The notes under the pieces: generated by a model
What the model was told of the DNA's origin: nothing
Seen by the model: only the letters and a program-made list of their open reading frames with translations
The model's database searches: none
Shown here: positions 36,734 through 47,624 of the stretch, piece after piece
Layout: each line of letters opens with the position of its first letter
How positions within the stretch are numbered: position 1 is the stretch's first letter
Assembly: GCF_016432865.1 (NCBI RefSeq)
Contig: NC_067400.1
Span: 556,884,001-556,948,000, forward strand
Length of the DNA stretch: 64,000 bases
Reading direction: 5' to 3'
Source of the DNA: Antechinus flavipes
Taxonomy: Eukaryota
Position numbers and translations under genes: made by a program

Positions 36734-39700
36734 ACAAGTATGCCAGATTCACAAAGTTACAAAGTTTACTTTGTGAATCTGGCATACTTGTGAACTCTGA
36801 TGAGTAAAGGTGTTAACACAAGCATTATACTAATTAGTTCTACTTAGTACCTTGTTTCAGGTTCTGGCCCAAAACATCTTCTTGTAAGATCAGATCAACT
36901 CTAATTAGTTAGCAGTTTGTAAAGATTCCAACATATATACAAGATTCATAGAGAAGAAATGGAGGCCTGTAGACTTGTTCTACTTGGTCCTAGACTATAG
37001 ATCTTGGAACAAAGGACATAACTTGCAGAGTGGCAGAGTAAACTGGGATGCTTTAGTATATGGAAACTTGACCTTCATTATTGGTCTAACAAAAAAATTT
37101 ACAAAGACTAAGAGTTTATATATGGAACAATTAAGAAATGAGACCAGTAGTTTACTCAGAAAATATTCTACATAACTTATATGAAATATAGGTTATATAT
37201 GTGCATCTACATAGTTATATTAATTATTGAGTGAAATGGAAAGAAATACAATGCTGGATACTTGATCTCTATCAAATTTGTGATCTAAAGGAATTAGATA
37301 CATAAATTTGTCTATTTTTAATGACAAAATATCTTTAAGGAAAATAACAATTTATAAGTAGGTGGCTCTGTTGGCTATTGCAGAAGATGAAGAGATTCGT
37401 GATTCAACTTTTTGATAAACTAGTTAACTAAGTTGTTGGTCATAATCTGATCCTGGCCAGTCTTCTGCAAAATGCATGACTTTGGTCACAAGGAAAACCC
37501 TGCATGAAAGAATGGAGTCTCTCATCTCTATTAGAAAAACACATCAAAGAGAATGTGTTATTGATATTGAATCAATCAGTATCATCTTCACATGTGAAGA
37601 AAAACAAGGTAAAAATAACTTATTCCCAGTCCAATGACACACTTAATTCCCTGCTGAGAGAAGACATCATGATGTATCTATCTTTGAACATACTTAAAAA
37701 GGTAGTAGACTTAGTCCTGGGATACTTTGCTTTTGCAACAATAACAACAAAATCACAAAATATCTAATTAAATAAATATAAAAATACACACAAATATATT
37801 CAGTTGAATTCAAATGGGATTTTTGAGCCCTGTTCTGGGTAACACAATAGGACCTGAGAGGGAAAACACATCAACCATGTGACCTGCCATCATGAAGTTT
37901 ATACTCCTATTTTAGGAGATATGACAAGGAGAATAAAAAGATCATAGAATCAATAATCCAGAGCTGAAGGGATGACCTTAGAAGCCCTAATATAAACCCT
38001 GCCTTTTACAGATGAGGAAGCTAAATCTCAGGCACATTAAACAAAATTTTAAAATGGTATTAGTAAATGATATAGCAATATTAATTATAAAAACATCTGA
38101 AATCTGGAGCATATTCTTTGCTACCACTTCATGCCCTAGGTAGAATGTGTTTCAATTTAAAATCGTTGCTAGATATTTCTCTTATCAAATTTCTGGGTGT
38201 GATATAGCCAGTGACTGTGCCACTCCTTTGCTTCAAGAATATGTTGTCTCAGTTGCCAGGTTATTTATTATTGCTTAACTGGTTCATGCAAGTGACTGAG
38301 CAGCTAGGTAGCACAGTGGATAGAGCATGCACCTAGTCAGGAAGACCTGTGTTCAAATGTAGCTTCAGACATTAAAAGCTGGGCAAATCACTTAACCTGT
38401 TTGCCTCAATTCTTCATCTGTAAAATGAGCTGGAGAAGGAAATAGAAGCCACTCCATTATTTTTGCCAAGAAAACCCTAAATGGTGTTATGAAGAACTGG
38501 ACATGAATGAACACTACCCCCAAGGGCTGCTTCTTCAAGGAAAGTTTATTAAAAACTCTAGCTTCTCCACATTTTGTAAATTCCTTGACCTTTTTGAAGC
38601 TCACAGGGCCATTCTTTCTCCTAAAAGTAAGAAATAATTAATACAATAGTGACAGGAGAAATAGCAGTCATATATTCATGTCAGCCAGGATGGGGAGACT
38701 AGGTAACTGACCCTCTACCCTCCCTCTACCCAGATTTACTTGCTTATCACCAAGAAAAGAGAGAGTTGTCATCTGTTCATACCTTTTGTATGAACTTTCA
38801 ATCTTAGCTCTGGAATCAATTAAAAGAATTTGTTACCATACAATAAGCCAACAGGAAATAGTCATCTTCTGAAGTGGAGGGGAAAGTGTCCTCTATGACA
38901 CATCCCCACACATTTCCAGAAGGTGATTTTTCTATGCTTCCACTTGGTTGTTACCAGGCAGAGCAGAATTTGCATATTGGGTAGTATGCCATTAAAAATT
39001 AATACAATAAGAATTTATTAAGCATCACTCTAAGTTAAGAACTATATTAGGTGCTAGAGATGCAAAAAGATAACCTCTACCTTCAAAAAGTTTACATTCT
39101 GTTAGAGGTGACATGATATAACAACAAATAAGTGAACACAAAATATATACAATATAATTTTTTCTGAGGAAAAGCAGGAAGAAGGCTTCTTGTAAAGTCT
39201 GTTACTTGAGATGAGTTTTGAAAGAGTCAGTGTTCCTAAGAGCTGGGAGGGAAGAGAGAACATTCTGGAATATTAAGTATGAAGAATAGCAGATAGGGCA
39301 ATATTTGCCTAGAACATAGAGAGTGTAAGGATATGAAAGGAGTTGTACCATGTAAAGGGGCGATTAGTCTGAAGAAAACTCGATTGTGAAAGGATTTAAA
39401 TAATGGATATAGTAGTTTTTATTTTAAAGTCAACACATTATCCTTTCAAGCTCTTAAGCAGAGCTCAGACCTCTACTTTAAAGATATCAGTTTGGCAGTT
39501 GTTTGAAAGAAGTATTTTAAAGGAGAGAGACTGAATCCAATGAAACCATTCAGGAGATTTAGTGAAGTAGATTAGATGGGTTCTGTTAAACTCAAATAGA
39601 AATAGGAGCCATGAATTCATTCACACATAAAGGTCCCTACTTGACTTAGTTTTAAAGGCCATATTATTTATGTTTTATTGCATTTTGATTTATTTTATTG

Positions 39701-40891
39701 AATATTTCCCAATTACATTTTCATTTGGTTTAAATTACATTTGAAGTATTGTCATTTGTATGTGTACCATAGTCCTATGTTTGATGTCTCTGGCCTAGAT
39801 GAAAGATAAGAAGTTAAACAAGGGCCTGATGAAAGTAGATAATCTCACTTGAAAACCTGTCTACTTATCTTACCCACACCACATAAATGACCATTCAACC
39901 TTTGCTTAAATTTTCTGATAAGAGGCAATCCCTTAGTCTTGTTTGCTTCAGTTTCCTCATCTGTCAAATTAACTGGAGAAGGAAATGGCAAACCACACCA
40001 GCATTTTTTGCCAAGAAAACCACAAATGGGGTCTTGGATAAGCAGATACAAGTAAAACAATCGAAAAACAACAACAACAACAATAAAATCAACTTCCTGA
40101 TTCCAAGGATGACTCTGTATAGTCTATGACTCTTCTTATCTTTTATATTATGGGGACTTAGTAATAATGTGTTAAATTGAATATTATCAGTATGGGTCCT
40201 TTCATTTAGCTGAAATAAGACTCCATAAGAAGTGTAGAAGGGCAAAATTAGTGCTTAATGGAGAAAATTCTTCCATAAGAAGTGTAAGGAAGAATTTTCT
40301 CCATTAAGCACTAATTTTGCCCTTTTTAGTAAAGGAGATTAAATCTAAGACATCTTTCACATGTAGAAATTCTTTCTTTAAATATTTGATGACCAGTGTG
40401 ATTTTCACCCTGAGCCTTCTCTTCTCCAATCTAAAATCTCAGTTCATTTAGCCCATCTCATAAGATCCATATTATATACTAATCTTAGACACTTTTCTCT
40501 TTAATTAAGTCCTGAGGTCCTAACATTATTATCTACATTTGCTTCAGTAGAACCATTGCCTCTTAGTTCTTAATACTGTGTCTATTAATGCAATTAAAGA
40601 CAGAGAAAACTATTCTGGTCACTCTGGAACACTGCCTGTCATATGTCAAATCTATAATCCATTAAATTCTTCTGACATTTACGCATGAAATGTTGTTTAG
40701 TTGCATCTACCTTGTCTTGTATTTATGTGTGGACTTCTTGGATTTCCTCTAGGTTTTGCATCTCCCAACCTTACCATAGGCTGTGTTCTTCCCCCCACTC
40801 CACCCCAACCCCGGTTCCTCTCTCTCCCCCTGCCCTGCCAAGTTCTAAGCTTCTTTCTTTTCAAATGTACTTTGTTGTTCATCTGCAAGCT

Positions 40892-41367
40892 TGTTGTGTC
40901 CTGCTTTCTAGAGCCACCAAGTTGGAGTAATGAAATGGACAGTGGTTTCTAGAGCCTCCATGCTAGGGTGATTAAAATAGATCTTCCCAGTGGAGAAGTG
41001 ATGAGACGGGACTCCTGAGGATGGTGGAAAAATGGAAAAAATGGAGTCCATTTATTTACAAGGTCTGTCCCCTTTTTATACCTTTATACTCTTATGTATG
41101 AAAAACAACACTGGGCATACACCAAGTATATACTGCCTACATGGGACCACATAAACAACTTGCTATTGTATGTAGTTTGCTACCTGATATCACTGTTCCA
41201 TCTAGTATCTCTGCTTCAATCACAACACAGGTTGTCACTGCCCCCTGACTTCTCAGGAAGGTTGAGAGTTCTTAGAGGAGGTGGGGAGCCAAACCAGACA
41301 TTGTCAGCAGGTTCCCTCTGATCTTATATCTCACCCAGAGTTCCTCCACTATCTGTGACCCTCTACA
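40892..41367 (-). mobile_element. Solo LTR (476 bp), probably class II
   Basis: TG..CA termini and a perfect 6-bp TSD CAAGCT (40886-40891, 41368-41373). TATAAAAAG (41072-41080) and AATAAA (41051-41056) on minus. Absent from the paralogous site near 52830. Confidence 0.82.
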
Positions 41368-43989
41368 CAAGCTGATTACTTGGAACTGTGATCATGTGGT
41401 TGTTAGTGTTTATGTATATATGTGAATGTACATATATAGTATTTCTGTCCCTGTATGCTTGTGTTTTGTATATATGTATGGAATTGTATGTATGATTGTA
41501 TAACAGCACGCATGTGGGCCACGAATTCTTCAGTTCTACTAATTTCCTTAATAAACCTGACTGGAATCCTGCCCACAACTCACCATAAGACCAGCATGTT
41601 CCAAGTACCACTCTGTCTTTCTAGTTAAGGAACATTCAACCTTCTACTCACACAACTGGTACTCTGAGAAGCAATATCTTTCTGCCCTTTTAAATAGAAG
41701 CTGGTGGAAATGGAAGACAGGTGGGTCCTGAAATATCAGGATCAAATTTCCTGAGAAAAAAGAAAACTCAGATGGTTATTTTTTTATCTAAGTGCCTTTG
41801 GCATTGGCCACTAATGACCCAAAGAGAAGAATCATATTATTCATGTTTAGAAAAGAAGCTCCCATCTTTCATTATTAACTGGCATGCATTTCTTTATATC
41901 CTCTCTCCCCTCTCATACACAGTATTTAGAATATATAAAGTTGAACTTTTAAATATTCAATTTACTTAAAGTCTACTTGTTATCAGGAATTACTCCTAAC
42001 TTTAAAAAAATCTTCAATTTCAAATCCAACGTTCATAATCTATCTGGGATAGCTCCTGATGATGTAATCCTAATGGTTTGTAGTAAAAGCTGGAAAAAAG
42101 CATTATCTCATTTGATTTTCACATCAATCTTATGAGGTGGGTCCTCCCATTTTTACCTTATTTTTATACAACAGGAAAGAAATTCAGAGAAGTTAAATAG
42201 CCTTTCTTTTTAGGGCCACAGACTTCCTTTTCTTTGGATCAAGCTTTGAATAAAAGTCTTCTTGACTTAAGTAGAATAGCTTATTTTATTATACACACTA
42301 TTTCTTATAGGATAACCACAAACATACAGATATTATACAAACAAATTATTGGCCCACATACAGAGACCCACATGCATGTTGTTACACAATCATGCATGCT
42401 ATTCCATGTGTATGTATAAAACATAAGCATACAGTGACAGAGATACCCAGTAAGATATATATGCACATTCACATATGTATATAAACACTAACAACCACAT
42501 GATCATAATTCCAAGTAATCAGGAATAGGCAGATGGTAGCAATTCAAAATGTATCACATACATACTTATTACTGAACCCATGAATTCAGTCCATGAAAAC
42601 ATGAAGGGAAGAATAAACACCTAAACAGTAATAAAAAGTCTATATTTTAGCTACCATCTTCAAAACTGGGGGGACAAAAGTGCTTACTTCTTATCAAGAT
42701 GGGTTGATGCATTAATGAATGGATGGCATGGCAAAGAATTTAGTCTTGGTATAGAGTATATATGTCATTGTGTTCATATCCTTTATAAATTCAGGTCTGT
42801 TATCTAATGTCTCTTTTTAAGGTGATTTTAATAGCTAATTTTCATTTGTATCCATTGAGAAGTGGTACAATTTTCTTTCTGCTTCATGTCAAGGAAACTC
42901 AGTTCTGAAAATCTTAGGGGAAGACATGATATTGACATGATAGTCAAGATTTCATCCAATCTTCTTCACTGGATGGCCAAAAGTGGGAACTGTTCTATTC
43001 ATCTTCAAAGGGAACTCTAGGGTTAAAACTAGATACTTCTCTCTCTTTTGTTTTCCCCACTTTGTATTGTGGAACATTTGTATATAGCTTACAATAGATT
43101 TTTCCAATGACATTCTTGTTTGTTATATTTCTACTCATTGCCTGATTTCCATCATTGAGTTACTGTGTACCTTAATCACTTGCAAATCATTGTATTATGT
43201 AAAACTTTAACCAGAGTATTGTAAACACTAATAGGCATTTCTCTCTAGCCCTCATTATTCTTTTCATATCAGAAAGCTTCTCCTTTTTTAGAAGGTAACT
43301 CCTTCACCACCATCCTCCCCAATCTTGGAAGTTAAATTCTTCCAGTTGCTGCCACAGGAAAGCTCCTGTCATAATAATAATAATTAATAAGGTCATAAAA
43401 CCTGGAACTTTTCTAACCACAAGGTAGTTTTTTTGGGGGGGGGTGGGGTGGGGGAATTTGACTCCAGGAACTCAGGATCATTTCCTCCCCAATTCTGCCT
43501 CTCTTGAGGAACCATAGAAATGTGATTGTATCTTAAACTAATCTTTCACTTGTACAAATACCATCTTTGGTTGCTGCCATTGTTAGCTGTTCTTGTTTAT
43601 TGATCTGATATGATTCTTAGCTTTAATCTGTATGTCCAACTAGTATAGGTAAGAGACTTTAGGCTACACCAATGTGACTGCAGTCAGATTTCCATAAATA
43701 TTATATCACATGGCATAGGAAACTAGTATCCTTTGTTCTGCATTCTACCTTTTTCTTTTCTTTTTCAAAAGTTCATGGGATTCTCTCAGTTGAATGCCAT
43801 TATGCCCAGACAACTTCTTCAACTTCTTCCTCTATCATATAGCTAGGACCACATTCCCAACCTCATCTATCCTCAGTTTAGACACATATATAAAGAGAAT
43901 GTCAGTATAAAGATAAACATACATCATTACTTTTTTGAGCCTAAGCATATATAAAATGTGTCAACACAATTTATTATTTATAATACAGG

Positions 43990-44405
43990 ATGGCTCAGTA
44001 GCAAAATCGATAGAATACTGGGCCTAGAATCTTGGAAAACTCATCTTCATTAGTTCAAATCTGATCTCAAACACTTATTAGTTATGTGTGATCCTGGTCA
44101 AGTCACTTAACCCCATTTGCTATCTCTAAAATTTGCTGGAGAAGAAAATGGCAAACTGTGGGGCAGCTAGGTGACTCAGTAGATAGAGAACTTTCTCTGA
44201 AGTCAGGAGGATTTGAGTTCAAATACAGCCTCAGACACTTAATAGTTACTACCTGTGTGACTCTGGGCAAGTCACTTAACCCCACCCAATTGCTTCAGGA
44301 AAAAAAAAAAAAAGAAGAAGGCAAACCACTCCAGTATCTCTGCAAAGAAAACCTCAAATGGGATTATAAAGAGTCAGGCACAATTGAAAAATGACTGGAT
44401 AACAA
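43990..44405 (+). mobile_element. Mar1-type CORE-SINE with a nested WSINE1 (44160-44313)
   Basis: The host SINE is split at gaagaaaatggcaaac / gaagaaggcaaac by a younger SINE with an A14 tail. Confidence 0.8.
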
Positions 44406-45802
44406 TAAAATGGAGCAGTCATTCTTGGACAACAGGTGGCCAGAACAAAGATTAGGGAATCTGAGTGGACAACAAATTCAGCATGATTCCACTGTCATAT
44501 GGAGACAAAAACAAAAACAAAAATGAAAATTAATTAATTCAATCTTATGATGCATTGAGAGACAGGTTCCAGGAATAAGAAAAAGATACTCTAACTTTGT
44601 TCCCATAATAAAATATCTGGGGTAGTAATGAAAGCTAGCATTTATATAGGACTTTAAGGTTGGTGAACTGAGGGAGACAGAAATTGTTCAGCTTCTTGCC
44701 CAAGATCATACTGCAAAAAAGTCTGAAGCCCAGACTCAAGTTTTTTTTGATCCTAGAATCAGTACTCTATCCTTTGTGACAGCAAGTTACTTCTGGATAC
44801 TATTGAGCAGTTCTGGACACCAGTATAAAGAAAGCTATTAATAAACTAGAGACGTTCCAGAAGAGAGTAAATGAGATAGTGAAGTATCTAGAGATGGTTC
44901 CATATGAAGATCTTTTAGAGTTGCTGGGGGCATAAAGCCTGGAGAAGGGAAGACTTGAAGAGACATCCCAAAAAAATTGTGATGGAAAATACCATCTATA
45001 TCCAGGGAAAGAACTATGGATACCAATTGTAGATTGAAGCATACTATTTTAAATTTTATTTTCCTGGTGGTTTTTCCCTTTTGTACACTGTACAATGATC
45101 ATTTGACAATCAGCTAGCCCTGCAAGCACAATTCTGCCTTTGAAGAAAGGCTGGATGATCAATTGTTAGTTATGCAGTAATGAGGTTCTTTTTCAGAGAT
45201 AGCTTAAGCTAGATGACCATTGAGGGAGGGGTATTGTATATGTTTGTGTATGTATGTATGTGGTGTATATATGTGTTTATGTTATACTAAGTGAAAAAAG
45301 ATTCAGAACATGTATTCATGAGAAAGTACATGACATTGTAAGTGCATTGTTAGGCTCAAGGTATGCATGTATAAGAGTCATGCATATAATAGATTGCATA
45401 TGCATATAAGAGATGAGTGCATGAGAAATAAGGCATGAGTAGAAGTGTAAAAAACTGTGTGTGAGTGTGTATACGTGTGATACTAGGCTGTTTGTGTGAA
45501 AAACAAGAGTAGATTGGTAGATTAGAGTTTTGTTTCTTTTCTGTTGCCTATTATGAATCCCCAGGGGTAGGATTGAAGGGAGCAGGTTTAGGTCAATTTG
45601 ACTTGAATAACACCAAGAATTAATATCTACCACACAGCCTAGGCCTCTAGGAAGGAGCAAGATAAATATTGCTCTGTTCTTAGAGATGTCTCTATCCATG
45701 TACTTGTGTGTGCTCATCTTTATGATTGCATTTGTCTATCTATGATCAGGTCTCTGGGATTATCATTTCTAACCTCACCCCAAAGACAAGTTTAACTGTG
45801 TC

Positions 45803-45994
45803 TATAATGTGATGTTAGTAGGAATCCTATGAGAATACTTCCAAGGGCTAATCGTATGATAGGGTTGATTAGGTTTGGGTTGTTTTTATTTAGTGGTGAT
45901 ATAGGGAGGAATTGGGGTTCTTTTAGGAGGGCAAAGTGGATTACTCGCGTGCTGTAAACAAGCTGTGAGTACTGTGGCAATTATGGTTCTATGC
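45803..45994 (-). pseudogene. MT-ND5: NUMT: fragment of mitochondrial ND5
   Basis: Minus strand reads IATVLTA-[+1 frameshift][49 protein letters not shown], resembling the ND5 YSTR...NENNP.L.NP..RL..GS region. Codon composition is mt-like (A/C-rich third positions). The paralogous site near 58150 lacks it. Confidence 0.9.
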
Positions 45995-46670
45995 ATAACC
46001 TTGGATAAATTTTTGAAAAGGAAAACCTTCATTATGTCCATGCCATTATTTCCATTAATCCATATCATCATTCCAGAATCAGAACCCCAAACCCTATGAT
46101 ATTTACTTAGGCTTAGGAAAAGAAATGATGGAGCTGAAGATCTTTAGGTTAAACCTCTAGCAAAATTTCTAACAAGTGTGTGGAGTATGAGACATAATGA
46201 CCTAATAAGAAAAGATATCACAAGGTTAGTAGCAACTAAGAAAAGAAGAGACTTTTTAAGGTCTAGGACATTTGATGTTTCCCTGCCAAGAGACTGAAGA
46301 ATAGTAGGAAAGCCTGCTAAAGTGTCCCCTAAACTAAAGTTTTGTAAAGAAAAACAGATAAAGACTTTTTTTCCTTTGCCACCAAATATATTCCCTTTGG
46401 AGCAGATCTTTGCCCTTAATCTACTGAAAAGGAGGAAGGATAGTGAGTAGTGGGGAAAAACAGGATTCAGATTTACAAAATAATTCCTCACAATATTTCT
46501 TATGAGGTAATTAAACAGGTATTATTAACATCTCTATTTCACAAAGGGGGAAGAAGATGTTAAATGACTAATTTGGGATAGCATACCTCATAAGTGTCAA
46601 AGCTGGAAATGTATGTATGTATTTATTCTATTAATCTATCAAGTAACCATTTTCCCCATTGTTCAGAAAA

Positions 46671-47624
46671 TCAAACAAAGTCTTGACCTGGAGACATTAG
46701 CCTCAGGATTCTTCTCTGGATCTCTTTGGTCTTGGCCCCATAGATAATGGGATTGAGCACAGGTGGCACCAACACATAGAGGTTGGCCAGAAAAATATGG
46801 ACATGCCTGGGGACACGATGGCGGCCAAAGCGATGAGTGAGGAAAGAGAAGAAAGCAGGTATATAGAAAACAAGGATGACTCCAATGTGGGTCCCACATG
46901 TTCCTAGAGCCTTGCGTCGTGCCTCACGGGATGGAAGACGGAATACAGCATGGAGAATGACAGAATAAGATATTGCTATGAGCATAGAATCCAAACCCAT
47001 GGCCAAAAGGGCCACAGTCAGGCCATAGACAATATTCACTGTGATATCAGCACAGGCCAGCCGGGCAATGCCCATATGTTCACAGTATGTGTGGGCCATG
47101 ATATGGTGCCCGCAATATGGGAGCCTCTGCAACAGGAAGATGAATGGGGAGACAATAGTCACACTCCTAATTAATCCAGCAAAGGCAATCTTGACAATGA
47201 CACCGTGATTGAGGATGGTTGTGTATCTCAGTGGGTTGCAGATGGCCACATAGCGGTCAAATGCCATAGCCAGGAGGACAGAGGACTCTAGAGCAAATAT
47301 GGAGTGGACAAAGAACATCTGGGCCAGACAGCCTCCAAAAGTGATCTGACCAGCATGAAGCCACAGGATTGCCAACATTTTGGGCACTGTAGTGGAACTG
47401 AGGGCTAAGTCTGTAAATGAGAGTAGACAGAGGAAAAGGTACATTGGACTGTGGAGACTGTGATCCGTAGATATGACCAAGATGAGGATCAAGTTCCCGG
47501 TCAGAGCCACCATATACATGGCACAGAAGGGAATAGATATCCACATGTAGGCGTGCTCTAGTCCTGGAATACCTGTCAAGAATATGGTAGTTGGGAGGGA
47601 ATTGCTGCTGTTGGAAACAGACAT
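46671..47624 (-). CDS. OR52D1: Olfactory receptor 52D1 orthologue (317 aa, intact)
   Basis: Long stretches match human OR52D1 as recalled: [74 protein letters not shown]. The track start at 47630 is GTG; the first ATG is at 47622-47624. Acceptor ttttgtttgtttttAG at 47672-47674. Confidence 0.9.
   Translation of the reverse strand: MSVSNSSNSLPTTIFLTGIPGLEHAYMWISIPFCAMYMVALTGNLILILVISTDHSLHSPMYLFLCLLSFTDLALSSTTVPKMLAILWLHAGQITFGGCLAQMFFVHSIFALESSVLLAMAFDRYVAICNPLRYTTILNHGVIVKIAFAGLIRSVTIVSPFIFLLQRLPYCGHHIMAHTYCEHMGIARLACADITVNIVYGLTVALLAMGLDSMLIAISYSVILHAVFRLPSREARRKALGTCGTHIGVILVFYIPAFFSFLTHRFGRHRVPRHVHIFLANLYVLVPPVLNPIIYGAKTKEIQRRILRLMSPGQDFV

Larger units (their letters stand above)
34824..36933 (-). 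mobile_element. Internally deleted class II (betaretrovirus-like) endogenous retrovirus
   Basis: TG..CA termini and a 6-bp TSD TATATA (34818-34823, 36934-36939). Full 3' LTR, PPT, integrase C-terminal relic, gag CA-CTD/NC, and a 187-bp 5' LTR remnant differing at 4 positions from the 3' LTR. Confidence 0.92.

Noticed and set aside
37504-37767. 87-aa ORF in TE-poor sequence
   Set aside because: There are no recognisable motifs on either strand, and the length is within chance expectation.
42682-42790. TATA-like box plus GTAAGY donor shared with copy B (54749-54854); faint 'NP..Y' OR-like reading
   Set aside because: These are short AT-rich motifs, no more conserved than their surroundings, and OR promoters are usually TATA-less. 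No other OR motifs are nearby.
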